Shown here: piece after piece, positions 9,546 to 18,578 of the stretch
Layout: every line of letters starts with the position of its first letter
How positions within the stretch are numbered: position 1 is the first letter of the stretch
Origin: Acutalibacteraceae bacterium
GTDB lineage: Bacteria > Bacillota > Clostridia > Oscillospirales > Acutalibacteraceae
Direction: 5' to 3'
Assembly: GCA_045531265.1 (NCBI GenBank)
Contig: JAZSDP010000078.1
Coordinates: 27,610 to 91,609, forward strand
Length of the DNA stretch: 64,000 nucleotides
Notes under the pieces: model-generated
Databases searched by the model: none
What the model was told of the DNA's origin: nothing
Seen by the model: the letters and a program-made list of their open reading frames with translations, nothing else
Translations under genes and position numbers: made by a program

Positions 9546-10796
9546 TCAGAGTATTATCCTCTCAACCTCATCCGTATCGGCGGCAATAAATTTTGCTCCT
9601 GCACAAATAAGCTCATCCTTATCCCTGAAGCCCCATAGCACACCGATACAGGGAAGTCCTGCATTCTCTGCCGTCTGAACATCCACCTCGCTGTCGCCTA
9701 TATAAACAGTATTGCTCTCATCTGCGCCCATAAGCTCCATTGCTTTATATACATTCGTCGGTGCGGGCTTTCTTTCACTTTCCTCAGCTACACCCAAAGC
9801 CACATCAATAAGTCCGCCGAAGTAATCCTCGCAAAGGTCAACCACAGCCGGGTGAAGCTTGTTAGAAACAACGGCAATTTTAATACCCTTTTCACGAAGC
9901 TTTTTAAGAAGGTCAATAATGCCTTCATAGGGTGCAGTGGTGTCTGCCATATGAGAAAGATAATATTCTCTGAAAACGCTGAGACATTCGGCGTTGGTTT
10001 TTTCGTCGGTGGCATCGGGAGTTGACCTTTCCATAAGCTTTACAACACCGTTACCTATAAAACGGCGCACCTCGGCAAGGCTCCTTTCGGGAAAACCGAA
10101 TTCCCTGAGGGCGTGATTGACGGCGGCGTGTAAATCACCAAGGGTGTTGAGCAAGGTGCCGTCAAGGTCAAAGATTGCATAAGGGTAAGAGGGCTTTCTC
10201 ACAGAGAAAACACAGCCGCAGTAGTTCTGCCTGTATAAATTATGCTCCCTTGAAAGCTCAATTGAACGCTTATAGCCGTTTTTCTTTTTGAAATCTGAGG
10301 GCAGATGCTTTATGCCGTATTCTTCTGCAAGCTTTTCACCGATTTCGTTTATCTTTTCGGCATTTTTAAGGGGGCTTATGGTAAGGGTGGTAGTGAAATA
10401 ATCAAAGCCTATTTCCTTGCACAGCTCAGCGGTTTTACGAAGACGCAGCTCATAACAGCTAAAGCACCTTTCGCCGCCCTCCTTCACCTTTTCAAGACCC
10501 TTTACCGCAGAGTAGAATTCATCGGGTTTGAATTCACCCTCAATAAGTGAGACCTCGTTTACATATTCGCTTTCGCTTATGAGCCTTCTGATTTCAGAGA
10601 CTCTGTAAGCGTATTCTTTTTCGGGGTAAATATTGGGATTATAAAAGAATACCGTTATACGGAAAAACTGAGAGAGATATTCAAGGCAGTAGCTGCTGCA
10701 GGGAGCACAGCAGGCATGAAGAAGCAAGGTGGGCACAATTCCCGCCTTACGGTTGGTTTCTATTATATTGTCAAGCTCTTTCTGATAGTTTCGCAT
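9546..10796 (-). CDS. queH: fusion protein: epoxyqueuosine reductase QueH (DUF208) N-terminal domain plus a HAD-family phosphatase (phosphoglycolate-phosphatase-like) C-terminal domain
   Basis: The N-terminal ~200 aa carry the QueH motifs LHACCAPCS, GERCFSCYELRL, TTTLTISPLK and NYCGCVFS. The C-terminal ~215 aa carry the HAD motifs IFDLDGTLLNT, VVSNK and YIGDSEVDVQTAENAG. Confidence 0.9.
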   Translation of the reverse strand: MRNYQKELDNIIETNRKAGIVPTLLLHACCAPCSSYCLEYLSQFFRITVFFYNPNIYPEKEYAYRVSEIRRLISESEYVNEVSLIEGEFKPDEFYSAVKGLEKVKEGGERCFSCYELRLRKTAELCKEIGFDYFTTTLTISPLKNAEKINEIGEKLAEEYGIKHLPSDFKKKNGYKRSIELSREHNLYRQNYCGCVFSVRKPSYPYAIFDLDGTLLNTLGDLHAAVNHALREFGFPERSLAEVRRFIGNGVVKLMERSTPDATDEKTNAECLSVFREYYLSHMADTTAPYEGIIDLLKKLREKGIKIAVVSNKLHPAVVDLCEDYFGGLIDVALGVAEESERKPAPTNVYKAMELMGADESNTVYIGDSEVDVQTAENAGLPCIGVLWGFRDKDELICAGAKFIAADTDEVERIIL

Positions 10797-10924
10797 TTTT
10801 TACCTCTTTGTATTTCAGGATTTTATACTTTGGGATGTGGTTGGTACATTGTTTTGTTTCAATATAGCAGATGAGTTTTGCCGTGGAGATTTTACCGTTC
10901 CGTTCATTAAACTTTTGGATTGTA

Positions 10925-11030
10925 CTTTTCAATAAGCTCCGTACGCTCATGCCGCTTGGGCACTTACTTTTGCCGATTGTGGCAAAAGTAAGCAAAAACA
11001 CGCTTTTGGTTCAATCAGTCCGAAAGAGGC
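10925..11030 (+). repeat. hairpin-containing intergenic repeat, copy A
   Basis: The sequence gctccgtacgctcatgccgcttgggcacttacttttgccgattgtggcaaaagtaagcaaaaacacgcttttgg aligns by eye, at roughly two thirds identity, to the reverse complement of 11480-11575. The central stem shows compensatory changes (acttacttttgcc/ggcaaaagtaag versus cttcctttgtc/gacaaaggaag). Confidence 0.6.
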
Positions 11031-11400
11031 TAATTTGCCGAGAAAGGTTTTATATCTTTTAAAGATATAGTCCTTTCCCATTGTTTGATATATCTTCAGA
11101 ATTATTTTATCGGCAAAACCGCAATTTCTCCCATTAGTCTTTACTCTGTGTTTGTGCTCCACAGTTATTCCTACTGATACGCTCAATAAACACATCCGCT
11201 ACGGTCAATTAATTCCGGAAGATTGTTAAACTCGTCAGCTTTTCTCGTCTGCTGTTTCACTGCCATATATTCCGACTCTCGCTGACCGCTACGGAAGTAA
11301 TTCCATTTTATAGATTTCCACCAGCCTTTGATATACTGACGATACTTTACGGAATTATTCCCTAAGCAGTGTCTATAAAGTAATGTATAAGCGGTTTATA

Positions 11401-11580
11401 ATCAAATTAAGTAAGCGAATCTCTGTCCCGTACGAACAACCCGTAAGGGTTGTATGCGGAGACGGATGCCGGTGTATGCTCGTGGTATACCCGTAGCAAC
11501 CCAAAAGGGCGCTTTGCTTCCTTTGTCGCCCGGGACAAAGGAAGTGCCACAGCGGCATGAGCGGACGGGCTTAAAAGAAA
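11401..11580 (-). repeat. hairpin-containing intergenic repeat, copy B, inverted relative to copy A
   Basis: The minus strand reads gcccgtccgctcatgccgctgtggcacttcctttgtcccgggcgacaaaggaagcaaagcgcccttttgggttgc. A second hairpin is present at 11429-11460. Confidence 0.6.
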
Positions 11581-11669
11581 AACTATACTTAAAAGTTTTA
11601 TAATAGGTCAGATAAAAGCTCCACGCCAAGCGTTGAAAGATTTATTGAAACAGAAATTTTAAAAGAGCA

Positions 11670-11829
11670 ACCCCTCAGTCACAACCTTTGGTTGCGACAG
11701 CTCCCCTTTCAGAGGAGCCTCTGCGATGTGGTGACTTCGTCACAATTGGAACCCCTCAGTCAAAATCTTACGATTTTGCCAGCTCCCCTGAAAGGGTCGC
11801 CTCTGCGATGTGGTGACTTCGTCACAATC
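11670..11829. repeat. two tandem copies of an 81-bp repeat
   Basis: Copy 1 (11670-11750) and copy 2 (11751-11829) share acccctcagtca...cagctcccct..a.agg...gcctctgcgatgtggtgacttcgtcacaat. The first internal hairpin differs between copies by compensatory changes (acaacc/ggttg versus caaaatc/gattttg). Confidence 0.8.
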
Positions 11830-12217
11830 GTAACGGTATGAGCGTGTAGAACTTTATTGATAAATATATTTGACGGTAAGGTATCAGGTCGACGACTCAT
11901 TCTCCGCAAGCGGTCCCCCTTCTCTAAAAGATAAGGCTATGTGGACCCTACAATGTAATGTAAACGAACCCACCTGCGGTGCATTATTGTAGCAACGAGG
12001 AGCATCACTACCCACTCAATTATAAATAATCCCGAAAGAAAAATCAACTGCTTCATTTTTCCTTCTTTTACGACAAAGGGGGTGTGATATTATGGTTCAA
12101 CTGCCCTTTATTGCACCTTATAAAGGTAAATCCTAACAATATTGTAAATTCTTCTAACAAAATGCACAAAGAGTGTTGATAATTTTTTATCAACTTGTAA
12201 CAGAATAACAAAAACTA

Positions 12218-12246
12218 TTGAAATTTGTTTTTTATGGTGCTATTAT
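12218..12246 (+). promoter_or_regulatory. sigma-A-type promoter candidate for the glgBCDA operon
   Basis: TTGAAA (12218-12223), a 17-nt spacer and TATTAT (12241-12246) preceded by TGc (extended -10) lie about 195 nt upstream of the glgB ATG. Confidence 0.5.
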
Positions 12247-12319
12247 GTATTATGAGTGAAAGTATAATTTGTTTTATTTATGTTTTTCCGGCTTTTACAA
12301 AAAAGAAATATATAAAAAA

Positions 12320-12421
12320 ACACATCACGAAGTGATATTTCACACCGCAAAGCGGTATTTCACTTCCGAAGGAAATTTCACTTGACAAAAGGTCAAATTT
12401 CACATATCGGCATTGCCGATA
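12320..12421 (+). promoter_or_regulatory. array of five tandem CAC-hairpin-ATTTCAC units in the glgB 5' leader
   Basis: Five short hairpins are present: atcac-gaa-gtgat, accgc-aaa-gcggt, ttcc-gaa-ggaa, ttgac-aaaa-gtcaa and atatcggc-att-gccgatat. They are separated by ATTTCAC, at 12336, 12356, 12374 and 12396 (spacing 20, 18 and 22 nt). The array ends at the RBS. Confidence 0.55.
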
Positions 12422-12441
12422 TATAAAAAGAGGGTGTATAA

Positions 12442-14361
12442 ATGGCAAAAAAGAAACAGCTCGGTGACGAGGTTGCTCTGTACCTTTTTCACCAGGGCAA
12501 CAATATGAAGGCCTATGAATATATGGGCGCACATAAGGTTGAGGGAGAAAAGGATCTCTTCTCCTTCCGTGTCTGGGCTCCCCATGCCCAAAGGATAAGC
12601 GTTATCGGTGACTTTAACGGCTGGGATGAAAATTCCGCCGTGATGAATAAAATCAACGATGCGGGCATGTGGGAATGTTATGTAAGCGGTGTTAAGCAGT
12701 ACGATGCATACAAGTTCCTTGTAACGGGCTGCGACGGCAAAAAAATTGCCAAGGCTGACCCCTATGCCTTCCACACGGAAACAAGACCTTCAAACGCTTC
12801 AAAGTTCTATGAGCTTTCGGGCTACAAATGGAAGGATGCAAAATGGCAGAGGGCCAAGGAAAGCCTTAATGTTTACGAATCCCCTATGAATGTTTACGAA
12901 GTGCACGCCGCATCCTGGAAGCAGCACGGGGACGGCAACTACTATACATACCGTGAGCTTGCCGATGAGCTTGTGCCTTATGTTAAGGAAATGGGATATA
13001 CCCACATTGAGTTTATGCCCCTTTCCGAATATCCCTTTGACGGCTCCTGGGGCTACCAGGTTACGGGTTATTTTTCCGCAACCTCACGCTACGGCACACC
13101 CCACGACCTGATGTACCTTGTTGATAAGTGCCATCAGAACGGTATCTCCGTTATTCTTGACTGGGTGCCTGCCCACTTCCCCCGTGATGAGCACGGCCTT
13201 CGTATGTTTGACGGCGATGCCTGCTACGAGTACAAGGACCCGAAGAAGGGCGAGCACAAGGATTGGGGCACAATGATTTTCGATTTCGGCAGAAATGAGG
13301 TTGTTTCCTTCCTCACCTCCTCGGCAGCCTTCTGGATGGATAAATACCATATTGACGGTCTGCGTGTTGATGCCGTGGCTTCAATGCTTTACCTTGATTA
13401 CGGCAGAAAGGATGGGGAGTGGATAGCCAACAAATACGGCGGAAACGAAAACCTTGAGGCTGTTGAATTCCTTAAAAAGCTCAATTCGGGAATTTTCCGT
13501 GAGTTTAAAAATCCCCTTATGATTGCGGAAGAAAGCACCGCCTGGCCCCTTGTTACAAAGCCGACGGATATAGGCGGTCTCGGCTTTAACTTTAAATGGA
13601 ATATGGGCTGGATGAACGATGCCCTTAAGTATTTTTCCATGGACGGTCTTTCAAGAAAGTATAACCACAATCTTCTCACCTTCTCCTTCTTCTATGCTTT
13701 TTCCGAAAACTTTATTCTCCCCATCTCCCACGATGAGGTTGTTCACGGAAAATGCTCCCTTATCGGCAAGATGCCCGGTGAATATGACGAAAAGTTCAGG
13801 GGTATACGCTCCTTTATGGGCTACCTTATGGCTCACCCGGGTAAAAAGCTTACCTTTATGGGTCAGGAGTTCGGTCAGTTTATTGAATGGAAGTACGATG
13901 CAGGCCTTGACTGGCTGCTTTTACAGTATGAAAAGCACCGTCAGCTTAAGGAATACACCAAAAAGCTCAATCATATCTACCTTAAAAATCCTGCTTTGTG
14001 GCAAATTGATTACAGCTGGGAGGGCTTCCAGTGGCTTGTAAGCGACGATAAGAACAACAGCGTAATCGCTTTTTCAAGAAAGGATAAAAAGGGCGAGGAA
14101 ATCGTTACCGTTTGTAACTTTACCCCTGTTATGCGTGAGAAATACTCCTTCGGTGTCCCCCGTGAGGGTGCATATGAGGTTATTCTCAATTCCGATGCCG
14201 TGGAATTCGGCGGCGAAGGCAAGGGTACAAAATCAAGAGCCTCTTCAAAGAAAATCGGTCTTCACGGCTTTGAAAACAGCATAACCGTTGACCTTCCCGG
14301 TCTTTCAGTGATTATGCTTAAGTATAAGCCCAAGGCAAAAGCCAAAAAGAAAGAAAAATAA
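12442..14361 (+). CDS. glgB: 1,4-alpha-glucan branching enzyme
   Basis: The 639-aa ORF shows GH13_9-type motifs: YTHIEFMPLSEYPFDGSWGYQVTGYF, ILDWVPAHF, GLRVDAVASMLY and IAEESTAWP. Confidence 0.97.
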   Translation: MAKKKQLGDEVALYLFHQGNNMKAYEYMGAHKVEGEKDLFSFRVWAPHAQRISVIGDFNGWDENSAVMNKINDAGMWECYVSGVKQYDAYKFLVTGCDGKKIAKADPYAFHTETRPSNASKFYELSGYKWKDAKWQRAKESLNVYESPMNVYEVHAASWKQHGDGNYYTYRELADELVPYVKEMGYTHIEFMPLSEYPFDGSWGYQVTGYFSATSRYGTPHDLMYLVDKCHQNGISVILDWVPAHFPRDEHGLRMFDGDACYEYKDPKKGEHKDWGTMIFDFGRNEVVSFLTSSAAFWMDKYHIDGLRVDAVASMLYLDYGRKDGEWIANKYGGNENLEAVEFLKKLNSGIFREFKNPLMIAEESTAWPLVTKPTDIGGLGFNFKWNMGWMNDALKYFSMDGLSRKYNHNLLTFSFFYAFSENFILPISHDEVVHGKCSLIGKMPGEYDEKFRGIRSFMGYLMAHPGKKLTFMGQEFGQFIEWKYDAGLDWLLLQYEKHRQLKEYTKKLNHIYLKNPALWQIDYSWEGFQWLVSDDKNNSVIAFSRKDKKGEEIVTVCNFTPVMREKYSFGVPREGAYEVILNSDAVEFGGEGKGTKSRASSKKIGLHGFENSITVDLPGLSVIMLKYKPKAKAKKKEK

Positions 14362-14391
14362 TTATACTATTATATATAGGAGGAAATATCT

Positions 14392-15606
14392 ATGGTCAAA
14401 AAAACAGAATGCCTTGCAATGCTTCTTGCAGGCGGCCAGGGCAGCAGACTCGGAATTCTTACAAAGAATATTGCAAAGCCTGCCGTACCCTACGGCGGAA
14501 AATACCGCATTATTGACTTCCCGCTTTCAAACTGCATCAACTCGGGAATCGAAACTGTGGGTGTTCTCACCCAGTACCAGCCCCTTGAGCTGAATGATTA
14601 CATCGGCAACGGTCAGCCCTGGGACCTTGACAGAGCCTACGGCGGTGTGCACATCCTTTCACCCTATCAGCAGATTAAGGGTACAGAATGGTACAAGGGC
14701 ACAGCCAATGCAATTTATCAGAACATTAATTTTATTGACCGTTATAATCCCGAATATGTAGCCGTTCTTTCAGGCGACCATATTTACAAGATGGACTATA
14801 ACAAAATGCTTCAGTACCATAAGGAAAAGGATGCCGCCTGCACAATTGCAATGCTTGAGGTGCCCTGGGAAGAAGCATCACGCTTCGGCCTTATGTTTGT
14901 AAACGATGACGGCTCAATCAGTGAGTTTGAGGAAAAGCCGAAGAATCCCAAGAGCAACAAGGCTTCAATGGGCGTTTATATCTTCACCTGGAAGAAGCTC
15001 CGTCAGTATCTTATTGACGACGAGGCAAATCCCGATTCAGGCAACGATTTCGGTCACGATGTTATTCCCGCTATGCACGAAGCAGGCGAGAGAATGTTCG
15101 CATTTAAGTTTGACGGCTACTGGAAGGATGTAGGCACAATCGACAGCCTTTGGGAAGCTAACCTTGACCTTCTCAATCCCAAGGTTGACCTTGACCTTTC
15201 CGATGACAGCTGGAGAGTATATTCAAGAAATCCCATTGCTCCCCCTCACTTTGTGGCTAAGGGTGCAAAGGTTGAAAATTCAATGGTCGGCGAAGGCTGC
15301 TATATTGAAGGTGAGGTTGATTATTCAATTCTCTTCTCAAATGTTGAGGTTGAAGAAGGGGCAGTTGTTAAATATTCAATTGTAATGCCCGGTACTATAA
15401 TTAAAAAGGGTGCCGTTGTTGAATATGCAATCGTAGCTGAAAACGCAGTTATTGATGAGGGCGCACACGTTGGTGAAAGTCCCGAAAAGATAAAGGACCT
15501 CAATGAGTGGGGTGTTACGGTTATCGGTGAAAAGGTAACAATCGGTGCCGGCGCCGAGGTTAAGGCAAAAGAAATGATTGATACAGATGTAAAGGGGGTT
15601 AAATAA
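14392..15606 (+). CDS. glgC: glucose-1-phosphate adenylyltransferase, catalytic subunit
   Basis: The 404-aa ORF has a GGAGG RBS, an N-terminal [14 protein letters not shown]...[21 protein letters not shown] motif and a left-handed beta-helix C-terminus. Confidence 0.97.
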   Translation: MVKKTECLAMLLAGGQGSRLGILTKNIAKPAVPYGGKYRIIDFPLSNCINSGIETVGVLTQYQPLELNDYIGNGQPWDLDRAYGGVHILSPYQQIKGTEWYKGTANAIYQNINFIDRYNPEYVAVLSGDHIYKMDYNKMLQYHKEKDAACTIAMLEVPWEEASRFGLMFVNDDGSISEFEEKPKNPKSNKASMGVYIFTWKKLRQYLIDDEANPDSGNDFGHDVIPAMHEAGERMFAFKFDGYWKDVGTIDSLWEANLDLLNPKVDLDLSDDSWRVYSRNPIAPPHFVAKGAKVENSMVGEGCYIEGEVDYSILFSNVEVEEGAVVKYSIVMPGTIIKKGAVVEYAIVAENAVIDEGAHVGESPEKIKDLNEWGVTVIGEKVTIGAGAEVKAKEMIDTDVKGVK

Positions 15607-16709
15607 TGGCTTCTTCAAATGTACTCGGTATTATTTATTCAAATGCTTATGATTCACTTCTCAGTGAACTTACAAGCGTAAGAACAATGGGCTCCGTTCC
15701 CTTTGCAGGCAGATACAGACTTATTGACTTTGTGCTTTCAAGCATGGTAAACAGCGGTATCGGCAAGGTGGGGGTTTCCACAAAGGCTAACTATCAGTCA
15801 CTTATGGACCACCTGGGCTCAGGTAAGCCCTGGGACCTTTCAAGAAAAAGAGACGGTATCACCTTCCTTCCCCCCTTCGGCGGTGAGGTTTACAAAAACC
15901 GTCTGAATGCCCTTGAAGCAATGCTTCCTTATATTTCAAAGTCAACCAACGATTATGTGCTTATGGCAGACTGCAATGTTGTGTGCAACCTTGACTATAC
16001 AGAAATCATTGACGGTCACATCAAGTCAGGTGCAGATATCACAATTGCATATAAAAGAGGTATCGCTCCGAAGCTCAGCCACGTTATGAGCTTTGAAATG
16101 GCAGAGGACGGCAGAATAAATGCAGTTAAAATCGGTGAAGCCGGTGACAAGGCCTGCGATTATTCACTTAACATAATTGTTATGAGCAGAGTTCTTCTTG
16201 AAAGACTTCTCCGTTCAGCTCAGGTTATGGGACAGAGCAATTTTGAATTTGACATTATTGCCGCCAACGTAAACGCTCTTAAGATAAGAGGCCACAAAAT
16301 TGACACCTATGCAAAGGTAATTGACTCCCTTCAGAGCTATTACGATATCAGCATGGAGCTTCTTTCAGGCGAATACAGAGATTTGTTCAACAAGGAAAAT
16401 CCCGTTTACACAAAGGTAAGAGACGATATGCCCGCAATTTACGGCATATGTGCAGATGCCACAAATTCCCTTATTGCTGACGGCTGTGTTATCAAGGGTA
16501 CCGTTGAAAACTCAATTCTTTTCAGAGGCGTTTATGTTGCTGAGGGCGCGGTTGTTAAAAACGCAATTGTTATGCAGGACAGCTACATCAGCCAGGGCGC
16601 AAAGGTAAACTGCGCAATTCTTGATAAGAATGTTGTTATCAAGCCGGGCAGAGAAATCAGCGGCGCACCGACTTATCCTTTATATATCGGTAAGGATATT
16701 ACTGTTTAA
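15606..16709 (+). CDS. glgD: glucose-1-phosphate adenylyltransferase subunit GlgD (regulatory paralog)
   Basis: The 367-aa ORF overlaps the glgC stop (TAATG). It is a GlgC paralog that lacks the G-rich GGxGxRL loop (RTMGSVPFAGRYRLIDFVLSS). Its position between glgC and glgA is the usual Firmicute arrangement. Confidence 0.93.
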   Translation: MASSNVLGIIYSNAYDSLLSELTSVRTMGSVPFAGRYRLIDFVLSSMVNSGIGKVGVSTKANYQSLMDHLGSGKPWDLSRKRDGITFLPPFGGEVYKNRLNALEAMLPYISKSTNDYVLMADCNVVCNLDYTEIIDGHIKSGADITIAYKRGIAPKLSHVMSFEMAEDGRINAVKIGEAGDKACDYSLNIIVMSRVLLERLLRSAQVMGQSNFEFDIIAANVNALKIRGHKIDTYAKVIDSLQSYYDISMELLSGEYRDLFNKENPVYTKVRDDMPAIYGICADATNSLIADGCVIKGTVENSILFRGVYVAEGAVVKNAIVMQDSYISQGAKVNCAILDKNVVIKPGREISGAPTYPLYIGKDITV

Positions 16710-16754
16710 TTCCGAATTCAAAAACCTTTTTAAGAAAGGACACGACTAAAGACT

Positions 16755-18182
16755 ATGAAAGTATTATACGTAACCAGCGAAGCACTGCCCTTTATGGCCA
16801 GCGGCGGTCTGGGTGATGTTGCAGGCTCACTGCCTCAGGCACTCAGAAAAAGACTTATCGGCTGCCGTGTTGTTATGCCCTTGTATGACACCATAAAGCA
16901 GGAGCTTAAAGATAAAATGACATTTATCACAAACATTTCCGTGCCCGTTGCCTGGAGACGCCAGTATTGCGGAATTTTTCAGGCAAAGCACGAGGGTGTT
17001 ATCTATTATCTTATTGATAATCAGTATTATTTCAAAAGAGACACAATCTACGGTCACTATGACGATGCGGAACGCTTCACCTTCTTCTCCCGTGCGGCTC
17101 TTGAAATCCTTCCCGTAATTGATTTCAAGCCCGACATCATCCACTGTAACGACTGGCAGACAGCTCTCACCCCCGTTTTCTATACAACCTTCTATTCTAA
17201 GGACCCATGGTATCAGGGAATTAAAACCGTGTTCACCATTCATAACATTCAGTATCAGGGCACCTACGGTATGGAGCTTGTAAATGATGTTATCGGTCTT
17301 GAGCCCGGCGATACCTCAATTGTTGAGTATGATGGCGACGTTAACTTTATGAAGGGTGCAATTGAATGTGCCAACAAGGTAACCACCGTTTCACCCTCTT
17401 ATGCAAATGAGATTCTTGACCCCTGGTACAGCCACGGACTTGACACTATCCTCCGTGACCGTCAGTGGAAGCTTCAGGGTATTCTCAACGGCATTGATGT
17501 TAAGAACTACGACCCCGAAACAGATCCCAGCATTGCAATGAATTACACCGTTAAAAATGTTAAAGAGGGTAAGGCTGAATGTAAAAAGCAGCTTCAGGAA
17601 AACCTGGGTCTTCCTCAGAAGGCAGACACACCCGTTATCGGTATTGTAACAAGACTTGTTTCCCACAAGGGACTTGACCTTATCAAGGGTATTCTTGATG
17701 AGCTTCTGAGCACCACCGATGTTCAGATTGCTCTTTTAGGCTCAGGTGACTGGCAGTACGAAAACTTCTTTAAGGAAATGGCAGATAAATACCCCGACAA
17801 GGTGGGTATCAGAATAGGTTTTGTACCTTCCCTTGCAAGAAAGATTTATGCCGGTGCCGACCTGTTCCTGATGCCCTCCAAGAGTGAGCCCTGCGGCCTT
17901 TCACAGATGGTGGCTCTGCGCTACGGTACAGTGCCCATTATCCGTGAAACCGGCGGTCTTCGTGACTCAATCACCGACAGCGGTGACGGCGAAGGAAACG
18001 GCTTTACCTTCAAGACCTATAACGCCCACGATATGCTCGGCGCTATAAGACGCGGTCTTGATGCTTATTGGAACAAGGATTACTGGGCAGTCCTCACTGA
18101 AAGAGCAATACAGTGCGATTTCAGCTGGGGAAAGAGCGCAAACGAATATATTAAAATGTATAAGCAGGTGCTTAAGGATTAA
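16755..18182 (+). CDS. glgA: glycogen synthase (ADP-glucose type, GT5)
   Basis: The 475-aa ORF starts with MKVLYVTSEALPFMASGGLGDV (KxGGL-type motif) and also carries HCNDWQT and PSKSEPCGLSQM. Confidence 0.97.
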   Translation: MKVLYVTSEALPFMASGGLGDVAGSLPQALRKRLIGCRVVMPLYDTIKQELKDKMTFITNISVPVAWRRQYCGIFQAKHEGVIYYLIDNQYYFKRDTIYGHYDDAERFTFFSRAALEILPVIDFKPDIIHCNDWQTALTPVFYTTFYSKDPWYQGIKTVFTIHNIQYQGTYGMELVNDVIGLEPGDTSIVEYDGDVNFMKGAIECANKVTTVSPSYANEILDPWYSHGLDTILRDRQWKLQGILNGIDVKNYDPETDPSIAMNYTVKNVKEGKAECKKQLQENLGLPQKADTPVIGIVTRLVSHKGLDLIKGILDELLSTTDVQIALLGSGDWQYENFFKEMADKYPDKVGIRIGFVPSLARKIYAGADLFLMPSKSEPCGLSQMVALRYGTVPIIRETGGLRDSITDSGDGEGNGFTFKTYNAHDMLGAIRRGLDAYWNKDYWAVLTERAIQCDFSWGKSANEYIKMYKQVLKD

Positions 18183-18183
18183 T

Positions 18184-18217
18184 AAAAAGACGGCGGATAC
18201 CCGCCGTCTTTTTTTAT
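18184..18217 (+). terminator. rho-independent terminator ending the glg operon
   Basis: A 10-bp stem (aagacggcgg / ccgccgtctt) with an atac loop is followed by a run of T. Confidence 0.88.
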
Positions 18218-18364
18218 TTCCCATTATCAGTTACACTGCAAATTCGGTGCAAGTCCGAATTCCGAACTCCGAATTCTCAACTATCAAATTAACCAAACGC
18301 AAATAGTCTTTTTCGTCAAAAGAGCCAATTTTTAATAAATTATAAAGTAATTTACTTTTCATTA

Positions 18365-18394
18365 TTGACTTTATTGATTTTGTAATGATATACT
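18365..18394 (+). promoter_or_regulatory. sigma-A-type promoter candidate for the 2,434-aa surface protein gene
   Basis: The elements are TTGACT (18365-18370), an 18-nt spacer and TGATATACT (TATACT at 18389-18394). The AATGATATACT string is identical to the one in the giant-gene promoter. Confidence 0.55.
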
Positions 18395-18578
18395 GATACT
18401 AACTAAAAGTGACTCTTTATGCCCTTTTGGGGTTTCGGTATGCCGTAAAACGGTCAGGTCAGGGGCCGGGCAGGCTGATTTTTCAAGGGAAAAAGTGTAT
18501 CACAGTGAATTTCGTTTTTACGGCGAAGAGCCGTTTTATGAAATAAACAGGTTAATTTTTATTAAGGAGGAAATCTTA

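Noticed and set aside
11429-11460. A hairpin ccgtacgaacaaccc-gtaa-gggttgtatgcgg reminiscent of group II intron domain V.
   Set aside because: It lacks the AGC/CGC triad in the right register. The bulge and loop do not fit the required form (no 2-nt 3' bulge on the plus strand and no GNRA loop on the minus strand). No GUGYG 5' end or RT/maturase ORF is nearby. It fits better as part of the local repeat family.
11670-12421. Tandem repeats and a hairpin array considered as a possible CRISPR array.
   Set aside because: There are only two 81-bp copies with no spacers. The glgB-leader units are about 20 nt and have variable stems. No cas genes are present in the window.
18495-18578. An upstream GTG start that would extend the large gene by 28 aa.
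   Set aside because: The extension has no RBS and would place polar residues in front of the signal peptide. The ATG at 18579 has a perfect AAGGAGG at 8 nt and begins a canonical signal sequence.
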